Source: an uncultured Alphaproteobacteria bacterium (GTDB lineage: Bacteria; Pseudomonadota; Alphaproteobacteria; DATDPM01). Taken from it: DNA of 64,000 bases. Positions 38,033 to 48,018 of the stretch are shown piece after piece; the first letter of the stretch is position 1; each line of letters begins with the position of its first letter. Position numbers and translations under genes: made by a program. The notes below the pieces were generated by a model. That model made no database searches. It was not told the origin of the DNA and was given only the letters and a program-made list of their open reading frames with translations. The DNA is taken from the NCBI GenBank assembly GCA_963841995.1, contig CAWJEX010000022.1, forward strand, positions 15,972 through 79,971. Reading direction: 5' to 3'.

Positions 38033-39628
38033 TCAGTGCAGAAGACCCGCAAGTCGTTCGCCGCGCTCGAACTGTTCCATAATGGCAGGGCTGAGAAGAC
38101 TTATATTACTTCCCGGTTGCCCTTGGGGTGAGATCTGGAGCATCTGCGCTGCGGCGTCGCGAGCTTCTTTTTCATGGCCGAGGAGCGCCTGAACGACCGC
38201 CAGATACAAGTGATTCGGCAAGAACATCGGATTGAGCTCCACGCCTCGCTTCAGTGGCGCGAGAGCTTGTTCGTAGGCTCCTGTGGCGAACAGACAATTG
38301 GCGAGGCCGAAAAAATAAAAGGTGGACGGCTGTGGGTTGAGATGCATCGCAGTTTCGATGTGGTGGAGAGCTTCCTGTGCCCGATCAACAAAGCACAAGC
38401 TGAAAGAAGCGAAGAGGTAAGCATCGGCATCATTGGGGTCAAGCATGCAGGCGCGCCTCGTTTCCGCAACTGCTGAAGCGGCATTGTTCCGCCATAACTG
38501 TACCCATCCCAAGATCGAGTGACCGATGGGGAGCAGTTCATCCAGCTCGACGGCACGCTCGGCATGAATGAGCGCCGGATCGAGTGTCCGCTCGCGGATA
38601 GGAACCCAATTCTGCGACCATTGCAAAGTGTAACAGCGGGCCAACCACGCATGCGCTAACGCATAAGCAGGGTCGAGTTCGATTGCGCGCTTGAAGTGCG
38701 CCTCGGCCTCGAAAGAGCCCTCCCGCGTATATCGCCAGTGACACTCCAAGCCTCGCATGAGCGCATCATGTGCGGCGGGACTAGCCGTTCCTTCATATCC
38801 AAGCCGTTCGGCTTCAAGGCTCGTAAGCTTGATCTTGAGCGCATCTACGATCGCATGGCTCACATCGTCCTGCACCGTAAAGACGTCGTCTAAACTTCGA
38901 TCATAGCGCTCGGCCCAAAGCGTTCGGTCGGATCGCGTATCCACGAGCTGGGCACTGATGCGCAGCCGATTATCCGCGCGCCGAACACTGCCTGTGACGA
39001 AGTAACGAACGCCGAGCTCTTCCGCAATTGCCGAAGATCGCTTGTCCGTGTGCCTGTATGCGAACGAAGTGTGGCGGCACAGCACGAACAAGCCGGAGAT
39101 TTTGGAAAGATCCGTGATTATGTCGTCAGTAATGCCGTCGGAAAAATATTGCTGCTCGGGCTCGCCGCCTTCGTCCGCAAACGGAAGCACTACGACCGAT
39201 GGTTTTTCCTCAAAATTTCTTACGGTTTCTCGCATCCACGCGGATTTCTCGCCTCCCACCGCTCCTTCGCTGCGGATCGTTATGGCGTAGGAACCCTTGG
39301 GCACATCAATGTGGACGGGATCCAACCGGCCCTCGCCGTCGTAATACTCGCGAAGCTTTGCGCGCAGCCGGCCGGCTTCCACACGCACGATGGGATCGGA
39401 CACCGGATCGAACCCGTGATCTCGGCCAAAAACCTCGATTCCGAGCGTGTAGCCCTTAAGCCGGTCCGCGCGTCCGGCCAAGGTCTCGTCGACAATGAAC
39501 TGAAGGAACCGCCGCTGGCGGTCGGAGTGGGCAAACAAGGAACTTTTGACTATCCGATCTGCGGCAGACCGGACCGCAGTCAAATCGGCCTGTAGCCCTG
39601 CTTCGCCGATGCTTTCCTTGTTACCCAT
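38033..39628 (-). CDS. TolB-N-like + TPR regulatory protein (no DNA-binding or cyclase domain)
   Basis: SSLFAHSDRQRRFLQFIVDETLAG...IRVEAGRLRAKLREYY, then PSVVVLPFAD..GEPEQQYFSDGITDDIITDLSKISGLFV, then TPRs. This is the architecture seen as the C-terminal part of CadC- or cyclase-type regulators. Confidence 0.7.
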   Translation of the reverse strand: MGNKESIGEAGLQADLTAVRSAADRIVKSSLFAHSDRQRRFLQFIVDETLAGRADRLKGYTLGIEVFGRDHGFDPVSDPIVRVEAGRLRAKLREYYDGEGRLDPVHIDVPKGSYAITIRSEGAVGGEKSAWMRETVRNFEEKPSVVVLPFADEGGEPEQQYFSDGITDDIITDLSKISGLFVLCRHTSFAYRHTDKRSSAIAEELGVRYFVTGSVRRADNRLRISAQLVDTRSDRTLWAERYDRSLDDVFTVQDDVSHAIVDALKIKLTSLEAERLGYEGTASPAAHDALMRGLECHWRYTREGSFEAEAHFKRAIELDPAYALAHAWLARCYTLQWSQNWVPIRERTLDPALIHAERAVELDELLPIGHSILGWVQLWRNNAASAVAETRRACMLDPNDADAYLFASFSLCFVDRAQEALHHIETAMHLNPQPSTFYFFGLANCLFATGAYEQALAPLKRGVELNPMFLPNHLYLAVVQALLGHEKEARDAAAQMLQISPQGQPGSNISLLSPAIMEQFERGERLAGLLH

Positions 39629-39779
39629 GACACGCCTAGTCCCGCCTTACCGCTGTCCTCTGTCAGCGGAATAAGCCAAACGTCCGCCCCGAGAGGGCGG
39701 GTTGTTATCTACTGTTACATACTACTTTAACGCTCAATGGAGCGCCAAGCTTACTCCCGGCCTACGAAGCCATGAACGA

Positions 39780-39869
39780 GTAGCCGCCACGATTTCCCAG
39801 AAAGAGATGCCATTAAAGATGGCGAAAATTGGCGGCTACCAGGCAAAACAGAGCCCCCTTAAAGGGGCT
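39780..39869 (+). promoter_or_regulatory. nested stem-loops in the 5' leader of the 39929 operon (candidate cis-regulatory RNA)
   Basis: GTAGCCGCCA (39780-39789) pairs with TGGCGGCTAC (39830-39839) and encloses GCCAT-TAAAG-ATGGC. A second hairpin, AGCCCC-CTTAAA-GGGGCT, is at 39852-39869. Confidence 0.35.
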
Positions 39870-39928
39870 GGGGTCATAGAAGGGCCGCCAATCCCGGCAG
39901 CCCAACGAGTTCAACAGGGAGTATTTTC

Positions 39929-40465
39929 ATGAGCAATGTTTCCAAACAATCCTTACGGATCTTGTCGGCCTTAGCCCTGATCGCCGTTGGGTCGAGCGAT
40001 GCTCTTGCCGGCAATATGAAGGACACCGGCAGCATGGATGCGACCTATGCCAAACGCGAGGCGCTGCCCATTGCCGACCGGGACGGTCACGTGCTGATGC
40101 TCAGCGAGGCGGTGGGAACCGATGTCAATACAAGCCAGTCCGCATATCTCGAGGGCTTTGCCTTCAGCGCCCGCGAGATCAACGATCTAACGCAGGGCAC
40201 CGGCACTCAGCATGGCTATGTCATCTTCAGCAAAGGTGACGACAGCGAGGTGGTCAAGTACGACGGCAACATCACCACTGTCATGAAGGACGGCCATCCG
40301 GCTACGAGCTTCAAAGGCAAATGGTCGGCCGTGAACGGTACCGGCCGTTACGCCGGCATTCAGGGCGACGGGACCTATGAGGGTCACTTCACGGCCGAGG
40401 ACAAGTGGCACGTCGACTGGACCGGCTGGCATTCCTTGTCCGAGACTCTCGCCAACGTCCAGTAG
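39929..40465 (+). CDS. secreted hypothetical protein
   Basis: Signal peptide LRILSALALIAVGSSDALA. The mature part is beta-rich. No family recognised. Confidence 0.55.
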   Translation: MSNVSKQSLRILSALALIAVGSSDALAGNMKDTGSMDATYAKREALPIADRDGHVLMLSEAVGTDVNTSQSAYLEGFAFSAREINDLTQGTGTQHGYVIFSKGDDSEVVKYDGNITTVMKDGHPATSFKGKWSAVNGTGRYAGIQGDGTYEGHFTAEDKWHVDWTGWHSLSETLANVQ

Positions 40466-40592
40466 CTTCAACAACGGACTGCACGGGACAGCCTCGTGCG
40501 GTCCGCGCTTTTTGGTATTAGGCATCGCCGGACGGCAACCAATCGGCCGAACTCTTTCGAAGCCGGCGGCGCCATTACAAGGGGAGGAAACG

Positions 40593-42347
40593 ATGCAAAA
40601 TCAATCCGCACTTCGTACTTCGCAAGCTTCGGTGACTCGCTCCAACGTCGCTGACTTGCCGCGCGCGACCGGTGTCAAAAAGATGGATGAGATCGTTGTG
40701 CGCCTGCGCGATGGAGCGCCGCGATTCGCCTCGCTGTCGCTTGCGGAGCGCATCGAGCTCGCACGGTCCATGCAACGCGGGTATCTTCATATTGCCGAGC
40801 GATCCGTCGCCGCCGCCTGCCACGCTCGCGGTTTGCCGCTGGAACTGGCCGGCGAGCAATGGGCAAGCGGGCCTTCGTGCGTTGTACGGCATCTGCGGCT
40901 CATAATCGAATCGTTGGAATCGATCGCGCGAACCGGCAATACGCGAATCGGCAAGGTCAGTCGCATGAGAGACGGCCGCCTTTCGGTGCAGGTTTTTCCC
41001 GCGAATGGGATCGATGGGATGCTGTTTTCCGGCGTGACCGTGGATGTGCGCATGCAAGAGGGCATCGGCGAAAACGAGATGCATGCCGCGCGAGCCCGCT
41101 TCTATAAAGAAAAACCCCATAACGGCCGGGTGGCGCTGATTCTTGGAGCCGGCAACGTCGATTCGATCGTCTCTTGCGATGTCGTCACCAAGATGTTCAA
41201 CGAGGGCAAGGCCTGCATCGTGAAGATGAATCCGGTGAACGCTTTTCTCGGTCCCTATCTCGAAGAAGCTTATGCCGAGCCGATTGCTCGCGGTTTTCTT
41301 TCGATCGTTTACGGTGGCACGGAAGAGGGCGAATATCTCGTCAACCACCCGGGCGTCGACGAAGTGCATTTGACCGGCTCTGACCGGACTTATGACGCGA
41401 TCGTGTGGGGTCCGCCGGGGCCGGAACGCGAGCGGCGCAAAATCAAAAACGAGCGGCTTGTCACGAAACCGGTGACGGCCGAACTTGGCAATGTCTCGCC
41501 GATTATAGTGGCGCCCGGCCCTTACAGGCGCAGGGAGCTCCTCTTTCAGGCCGAAGAAGTGGCGGGGCAGCTGGTGATGGGGTCATCCTTTTACTGCTGC
41601 ACCGGCAAAGTCGTCATAACTCCCAAAGGCTGGCCGCAACGGGAGGCGTTCCTCGCCGCAATCAAAGAGACACTGTCGCGTGCGCCTCAGCGCACGGCCT
41701 ACTACCCTGGAGCACGCGAGCGATTCGGTAAATATACGGCGGGAAGGCCGGGGCTGTGGACCTCTGGCTCGCAGGAAGGGGATCGGCTTCCTTGGGCAGT
41801 TGCGGCTCACCTCGATGCCGGCAACACATCGGACCCCGCTTTTTCCAGCGAGTCCTTCTGCCCAGTGCTGTTCGAAACCGCCGTCGGAAGCACGGACGTC
41901 GAAGAATTCCTGGAGCGAGCCGTCAGCTTCGCCAACGAAACGCTGTGGGGCAGCTTGACCGCGACGCTTATCGTCCATCCCAAGGTGCAGAAAGATAAGG
42001 CAATGGGCCCACTCGTTGAGCGTGCGATTGCGCGGCTCGAATACGGAACGGTTGGCGTCAATGGCTTTCCCGTCATGGGGTTCGCCTTCATGACGCCGCC
42101 TTGGGGCGCCTATCCCGGTTCGAGTCCCGCCGATATTCAAAGCGGCATCGGTTTCGTTCATAACACGCCGATGCTCGAGGGAATCGAGAAGGCGATCATG
42201 CGCAACCCGCTTACGACCTTCCCCAAGCCCATTTATTTCCCGAGCCACCGAAGTGCTGTAACCGTCGCGCGGCGGCTATCGGCGCTGGAGGAGCGCGGAA
42301 GCTGGGCCAAGGTCCCGGGGGTCATCGCTGCGGCCATGCGTTGTTGA
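40593..42347 (+). CDS. aldehyde dehydrogenase superfamily protein, long (584 aa) acyl-CoA-reductase-like type
   Basis: GGGGAGGA RBS-like sequence before the ATG at 40593. ILGAGNVDSI..., IVKMNPVN, LTGSDRTYDAIVWG and TAELGNVSPIIV align with ALDH Rossmann/catalytic regions. Confidence 0.75.
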   Translation: MQNQSALRTSQASVTRSNVADLPRATGVKKMDEIVVRLRDGAPRFASLSLAERIELARSMQRGYLHIAERSVAAACHARGLPLELAGEQWASGPSCVVRHLRLIIESLESIARTGNTRIGKVSRMRDGRLSVQVFPANGIDGMLFSGVTVDVRMQEGIGENEMHAARARFYKEKPHNGRVALILGAGNVDSIVSCDVVTKMFNEGKACIVKMNPVNAFLGPYLEEAYAEPIARGFLSIVYGGTEEGEYLVNHPGVDEVHLTGSDRTYDAIVWGPPGPERERRKIKNERLVTKPVTAELGNVSPIIVAPGPYRRRELLFQAEEVAGQLVMGSSFYCCTGKVVITPKGWPQREAFLAAIKETLSRAPQRTAYYPGARERFGKYTAGRPGLWTSGSQEGDRLPWAVAAHLDAGNTSDPAFSSESFCPVLFETAVGSTDVEEFLERAVSFANETLWGSLTATLIVHPKVQKDKAMGPLVERAIARLEYGTVGVNGFPVMGFAFMTPPWGAYPGSSPADIQSGIGFVHNTPMLEGIEKAIMRNPLTTFPKPIYFPSHRSAVTVARRLSALEERGSWAKVPGVIAAAMRC

Positions 42348-42397
42348 GCCCGGGATCACTGTCGCGCGGACCGATCAACGAGCGTTTGGAGACAGCG

Positions 42398-43811
42398 ATG
42401 TTCAACATAAGGCGTTTTGCCGCCTTCGCCGGCGCCTGGAAAACACATAAGCGATCAATGGCGCGCCACTGGACGCGAGATGAGCTGAAAAAGCATCAGC
42501 AGGAACGCTTGGTGTCCCTGGTGACCCATGCCGTTCACAAGTCCGCATTTTATAGAGAGCTTTATCACAACATAAAGATCAGCGGCGGGTTCTGCCTTAC
42601 CGATCTGCCCGTGATCGATAAGTCACTCATGATGGAAAATTACGATCGGTTCGTGACCGACCCGCGCCTGAGTCTTGCCGGTCTGCGGGCCCATTTGCAG
42701 GAGATTAGCCACGACGACCTCTATGTCGACCAGTATCGCATTTTGACCAGCAGCGGCAGCACCGGTCTGCGCGGAAATCTTTGCGTTCAACAGGCGGGAA
42801 TGGCAAATAGCGATAGCCACCGGCTTGCGGACATCTCATTACGCCGGACTCAAGGCGCCTCGTTTGCCCATAAGATGGCGCATGGCAACAATCGGCGCGG
42901 GAAGCCCATTGCATGTCACGGGCCGCTATTACCGGTGTGTTGATGTTGGAGCCCACAAGGTTCTGAGATTGACGCCAAGCACGCCCATCGACCGGATGGT
43001 CGCGGCTCTTAATGATTTTCAACCCGATTTTATTTTCAGCTATTCCTCGATTGCATCTCTGCTAGCCATCGAGCAGATCGAGAAGCGCTTGAGCATCCAT
43101 CCTCGCTCCGTCAGCACCAACGCCGAGGTCAGGACCGGGGAAATGGAGGAAAATATCCGTCAGGCGTGGGGGGTGACGCCATTCAACACGTATGGGATGA
43201 CCGAAGCCGGGCTCGTTCTCGCCAACGACTGTTCCTGCCACCATGGACTTCACGTCAATGAAGATTTTTTTATTGCCGAGACAGTCGACGAGAACAATCG
43301 CCCTGTGCCTGATGGGCAAAGCGGCGCCAAACTGCTTATCACGAATCTCTATAACTACACGCAGCCTCTCATACGTTATGAAATATCCGATATCGTGGCG
43401 TTCTCCGATACACCGTGCGAATGCGGGCATCCCTTCAAAACCATTTCCAGCATCGGCGGGAGAAGCGACGAAATCATTTACTTAAACCGCCTGCAGGGAG
43501 GGGAGATTCCGGTTCATCCCCATAATCTGCGCAGCCCAATTGCCGAGATCACGGAGATCAAACAGTATCAGATCATCCAGGAAGACGATGGATTACATCT
43601 CACGATCAGCCTACGCCATGACGCGCCCGCCGATGTGGCAGCCAGAAAGCTCGAGGATAAATTCGTGCAGAAACTAAGCTCACTTGGCGCAGTTTGCCCC
43701 GCACTGCACATCAAGATTGTTGGCGAGATTGAGCGCGATGAGCGAAAAATGGGAAAACTGCGGCTTATCAAATCGAATCTTGACCGCGCATCGACGCGCC
43801 GCAGCGCTTGA
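42398..43811 (+). pseudogene. F390-synthetase/PaaK-like adenylate-forming enzyme, frameshift near 42777
   Basis: ...LTSSGSTGLRG (AMP-binding motif I), then the reading continues as IFAFNRREWQIAIA... in the frame of ORF 42825..43811. TYGMTEAG, the HVNEDFFI region and ISSIGGRSDEIIY are present. Confidence 0.7.
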
Positions 43812-44057
43812 TTTACCGTTCGTTGGCGTCAGCCTAAAAAGATCTGAGCCGTTTTGAGCGGAGGTTTTCCGGCTCTGCAACGACCCAGCCACGGGTCATC
43901 GGTGGCGCCTTGTGTGTCTAGCGAGTCAAACAAAGAACACTCCGCAGTGGTAACCAGCGGGGCGAGATGAGCTATAGGCGAATCTTGGTGACGCCAGCAA
44001 CCGACTCGCTTTGTGAAATTGCCGCGGTGTTACGGCTGGTTTCAACCACCATGAAAT

Positions 44058-44262
44058 ACTGTTTCCGAGCAGGTGGTGGTATCCAGGATTTCGAGGTGGG
44101 ACAAAATCGCGTTCTAACCCATTGAAATATTTGGCCCGAAAAAAGACTTTGGTGCCCAGGGGCGGGATCCAACAAGCGTGATAAATCAATGGCTTACAAA
44201 GAAGTGGGACACTCAAACTTCCCATAGCTTTCTGAGGTTTTCCGGGAAAGTGTCCCACCGGC
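44058..44262 (+). repeat. dispersed composite repeat, copy 6 (full length)
   Basis: Left arm from CTGTTTCCGAGCAGGTGGTGGTATCC, 21-mer at 44150-44170, and hairpin arms at 44204-44212 / 44250-44258. Confidence 0.85.
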
Positions 44263-44428
44263 TCGAGGATCAAACAACCAAACCCGACCCCAATCGCGCA
44301 CCCGGGTTTTGCGGTCTTGAATTGTCGCTTCCGATCAAAGCACAAGAACTCCTCGTGCATGTCACCCCGCTGGTTGCAACGGGGCGGGGCCGGCCCGAAG
44401 GCCGGCCCCTTATCCATGAGCTCGGGGA

Positions 44429-46117
44429 TTAAGCCGCACGGATATTGGCGAAGAAGCGATCGATGTCGGTACGCAGCGTCTCGGCCCCCCGTGCCAACTC
44501 TGCTGCCGCGGTCTGAACCTGCGCCGCTGCTGCCCCTGTTGCCTGTGCCGCCTGTGTCACGCCTGCGATGTTCGATGTAACCTCATCAGTGCCGGCCGCA
44601 GCCTGTTGGACGTTGCGGGCGATCTCCTGTGTTGCCGCATCTTGTTCCTCGACTGCCGACGCGATGCCGGTTGCGGTCTGGTTGATTTGCGCGATCACCG
44701 TCCCAATGCCCTCGATGGATTGCACCGACTGGCCGGTGGCCTGCTGGATTTCGGTGATCTTTGCCGAGATTTCATCGGTGGCTTTCGCCGTCTGGTTGGC
44801 GAGTGATTTCACTTCGCTCGCCACTACTGCGAATCCCTTGCCAGCCTCGCCCGCGCGAGCCGCTTCAATAGTTGCATTGAGAGCCAAAAGATTGGTCTGA
44901 CCGGCGATGTCGGTGATCAGCTGCACCACGTCACCGATCTTCTGAGCGGCCTCCGCCAAACCCTTGATTTGGGAATTGGTCTTCTTGGCTTCGGTAACGG
45001 CCTGGCTGGTCATCTGGCTCGATTGCGCCACTTGACGGCCGATCTCCGAGATGGAGGACGACAGCTCCTGGGTGGCACTGGCTACCGTTTGCACATTGGA
45101 TGACGCCTGTTCGGAAGCCGCTGCCACTGCAGTCGCTTGCCGCGTCGATTGTTCGGCCGAAGCAGCCATCGACTGCGCAGTGCGGTCGAGTTCCGTGGAT
45201 GCTGCCGACAAGGCCTCAATCGCCGACCGGGCCTGCTCCTCGAACGTGCTGATATGGTTTTCGACGACTTTCTGTCGCTCCTCCTTTCGGACTTGCTCGG
45301 CCTGCTGCTCCGCCGCCAACGCATCCGCCCGAACCATGCTATCCTTGAAAACCTGCACCGCGGCGGCCATCCGGCCGATTTCATCGCCACGGCCTGTGCC
45401 CTCGATAACCACCGAGAGATCATGCGCCGCCAAACAAGTCATGGAGCTGGTGATACGATCGATCGGCATCGAGACGCCGATGACGACCATAGCGCCGGCG
45501 GCGACACAGAGAATGAGCGACAGCGCGAGGCCGCCGAAAATCATGGCACGTGAGGAAGCGTAGAGGTCGTGATTTTTCGCAACCTCCTTGGCCGTCCCTT
45601 CGCTCTGGAATTCGAAATCCTTGTCCAGCACATCGTGGAATTTGTTGAAGGCGGTGCGCATCTCGCCCTTATAGGCGGCGAGCGCGGCGCCTTTGTCCAT
45701 TTGCCCTGATTTGGCGAGAAGTTCCTTGCTGGCGGCGAGATAATTCTGCCATCCGGCCGCGACAGTCGAGGCCAAAGCCCTTTCTTCATCAGTGTCCGCC
45801 GTAGCCATGTAGGCCTGCCAGGTCTTGTCGGTGTCTTCGATGACGCTTCGCATCGTTTCTTCTTCCTTGGCCATCTCGTCGGCGGTCTGCGACATAATTT
45901 GAGCCGCCTCGAGCTGGCGGTAACGCATCGTCGTGCGGCCGTACCGGCCCAGCAATTTCGTGCCTTCAAGCCAATTGGTCTGGATTTCGACGGCTCCGTC
46001 ATTCACCGCCGCCAATCTTTGGATCGAAAACACGCCCAGCGCCGTGGCAATCGTCAGCAGAAAGGCAAAAGCCGCGATAACTTTCACCCGGATTGAAAGA
46101 TCATTAAGCTTTTTCAT
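44429..46117 (-). CDS. methyl-accepting chemotaxis protein
   Basis: Start at MKKLNDLSIRVK. TM segment, 4-helix sensor, second TM, HAMP, and the highly conserved signalling hairpin (IAGQTNLLALNATIEAARAGEAGKGFAVVASEVKSLA). Confidence 0.85.
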   Translation of the reverse strand: MKKLNDLSIRVKVIAAFAFLLTIATALGVFSIQRLAAVNDGAVEIQTNWLEGTKLLGRYGRTTMRYRQLEAAQIMSQTADEMAKEEETMRSVIEDTDKTWQAYMATADTDEERALASTVAAGWQNYLAASKELLAKSGQMDKGAALAAYKGEMRTAFNKFHDVLDKDFEFQSEGTAKEVAKNHDLYASSRAMIFGGLALSLILCVAAGAMVVIGVSMPIDRITSSMTCLAAHDLSVVIEGTGRGDEIGRMAAAVQVFKDSMVRADALAAEQQAEQVRKEERQKVVENHISTFEEQARSAIEALSAASTELDRTAQSMAASAEQSTRQATAVAAASEQASSNVQTVASATQELSSSISEIGRQVAQSSQMTSQAVTEAKKTNSQIKGLAEAAQKIGDVVQLITDIAGQTNLLALNATIEAARAGEAGKGFAVVASEVKSLANQTAKATDEISAKITEIQQATGQSVQSIEGIGTVIAQINQTATGIASAVEEQDAATQEIARNVQQAAAGTDEVTSNIAGVTQAAQATGAAAAQVQTAAAELARGAETLRTDIDRFFANIRAA

Positions 46118-46634
46118 GGATGTACCCCCTGAATGAATGATGCAGTAAAAATGGGCTGATGCGGCGGAGGTCAAAGGTCCCGCGGCGCGCTAGCGAGATC
46201 GCTAGATCTAAGAGCGAGCTGCAACGAGCGGTCTTCGCGGGATTCTCGCGTAGGCATGTCCTGACAAGGACCTGAAAGTCGTGCATCGAGAATGGCTTCC
46301 GCAGGGCGTAGTCGGCGCCGGCATCGAGCGCGGCTTGCAACGGGTCTTTGCAATCGCCCGGCGTCAGTTCGATGCTGCCGGAGATGGCGATGACCGGCCC
46401 GCAAAGGTTCTTCGCCCGAACGTGCCGGATGACCTCCCACCCACTCATTTCCGGCATGATGAGATCGACGATGAGCAGGGAGATCGGCTGCGATTCCAAA
46501 ATCTCGATCCCGGCAAGACCCGATGAGGCAAGCATCGGCCGATAACCAAGAGTTTCGATCATCCGGGCAAACAGCCGGCATATTTCGAGGTTGTCTTCAA
46601 TAATAAGAATCCGGCGTTCGAGATCGTTTGGCAT
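46104..46634 (-). CDS. response regulator receiver protein with ~50-aa tail
   Basis: ILIIEDNLEI...LLIVDLIMPEMSGWEV...ALRKPF. The start is set at MPNDLERR. The 3' end overlaps the MCP start by 14 nt. Confidence 0.65.
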   Translation of the reverse strand: MPNDLERRILIIEDNLEICRLFARMIETLGYRPMLASSGLAGIEILESQPISLLIVDLIMPEMSGWEVIRHVRAKNLCGPVIAISGSIELTPGDCKDPLQAALDAGADYALRKPFSMHDFQVLVRTCLRENPAKTARCSSLLDLAISLARRGTFDLRRISPFLLHHSFRGYIHEKA

Positions 46635-46641
46635 GACGGCC

Positions 46642-47052
46642 TCACAGAGTTTCATTAGACATTGCGGAGAATTGTCGTATCACCGTCCCGCGGCAAAGAT
46701 TCAGGGCGGCTTCGCCGATGAGCGCGTGGTTGATCGGCTTCGGAAATACAAAATTCGCGCCGAAGCAAAGCAACGCACGGCCCATGATGTCGCGGAAGCG
46801 GCGAGCTGAGCCGGTGATGACGATGATCGGCAGGTCCTTGTTTTCTTCTCTGATAGCGCGAACCAGCTCAATGCCGTCCATGTCCGGCATGACCAGATCG
46901 GTGATGACGAGGTTGAAGGCCCGCACGGCAAGCGCTTTGAGAGCTGCTTCGCCACTTCGGACCAGTTCGGGAACGATTCCATGCCGCTGAATAAGGGCGG
47001 CAAGAAATTCGCCGAATATTGGATCGTCGTCGACGATGAGGGCGCTGAACAT
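46642..47052 (-). CDS. single-domain response regulator
   Basis: ALIVDDDPIF...LVITDLVMPDMDGIELV...FVFPKP. Confidence 0.75.
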   Translation of the reverse strand: MFSALIVDDDPIFGEFLAALIQRHGIVPELVRSGEAALKALAVRAFNLVITDLVMPDMDGIELVRAIREENKDLPIIVITGSARRFRDIMGRALLCFGANFVFPKPINHALIGEAALNLCRGTVIRQFSAMSNETL

Positions 47053-47203
47053 GGGCGGCTCGCATTGTTGCGTTACACCGCCACATATGACGCAGTCGGA
47101 GCGCGTTGTCTCGGCTGCCCAGGTATATTATCGCTCGGGATAAAGGGGGATCGAAACGGATAGCCCGCCGCAAGATGCGGAGGGGCCGATCTTCCGCCGA
47201 GCG

Positions 47204-47854
47204 CTAGTCTAGGGATGCCAAGCCGTCGCGGACGGCTTTGGCGATGGCTTCGGAACGATTCTTCGCGTTGAGCTTCTCGACGATCCGCTTCACGTGCAGC
47301 TTGACGGTGATTTCAGCCAGATCAAGAGCGCGCGCAATTTCCTTATGGGTCGCGCCTTTTACCATCATCTTCAGCACTTCACTTTCGCGGGGTGTTAGCG
47401 CCCGATCGACGCGCGTGGCAGCGGCAGGTTCTCCCGCCGGCGCGTTGGCGAGAAGATCCGGCGGAACGTAGGGAACGCCGGTCACCACCAGGCGAAGGGC
47501 CGCCATGATCGATTCGGCGGCAAAAGCCTTCGGAACATAGCCTTTTATCCCCGCCTCCATTGCGGCGCGAACGAGCGCGGCGTCCATATCCCCGGACACC
47601 GCAACGACAATGAGCGATGGAGAGATTTGTTTTAGACGCGCCAGCCCTTCGCGCCACGACATATCCGGCATATGCATATCGATGACAGCGATCGGCGCAC
47701 CCGTCGATTGCAGTGCGGCGCAGGCTTCGGTGAAATTATTGGCGATGGCCGCCACGCGAAATTCCGGATCGCGGGCAATAAGCCCCGCCATCGCCTCCCG
47801 GAACAGCGGGTGGTCGTCAGCGATCAGAACCGATCGATATTGGGTCTCGGCCAT
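47204..47854 (-). CDS. NarL/FixJ-family response regulator (REC + LuxR HTH)
   Basis: VLIADDHPLFRE...DMHMPDM..., then LTPRESEVLKMMVKGATHKEIARALDLAEITVKLHVKRIVEKL. Confidence 0.85.
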   Translation of the reverse strand: MAETQYRSVLIADDHPLFREAMAGLIARDPEFRVAAIANNFTEACAALQSTGAPIAVIDMHMPDMSWREGLARLKQISPSLIVVAVSGDMDAALVRAAMEAGIKGYVPKAFAAESIMAALRLVVTGVPYVPPDLLANAPAGEPAAATRVDRALTPRESEVLKMMVKGATHKEIARALDLAEITVKLHVKRIVEKLNAKNRSEAIAKAVRDGLASLD

Positions 47855-48018
47855 CCCCTAGCGGAACGCTCCCGGCTCTTGATCGGCTTAAGCAAAAGTA
47901 ATTAAACGAAAGTATAATCCCAAGCTTAAACCTATGTATATCTGCAACATACGAGGCGAAGCGCGACTCTCCCCTGGAACGCGTCTACTCTCACGCTCTT
48001 GGATATAGGTGGGTCCCC

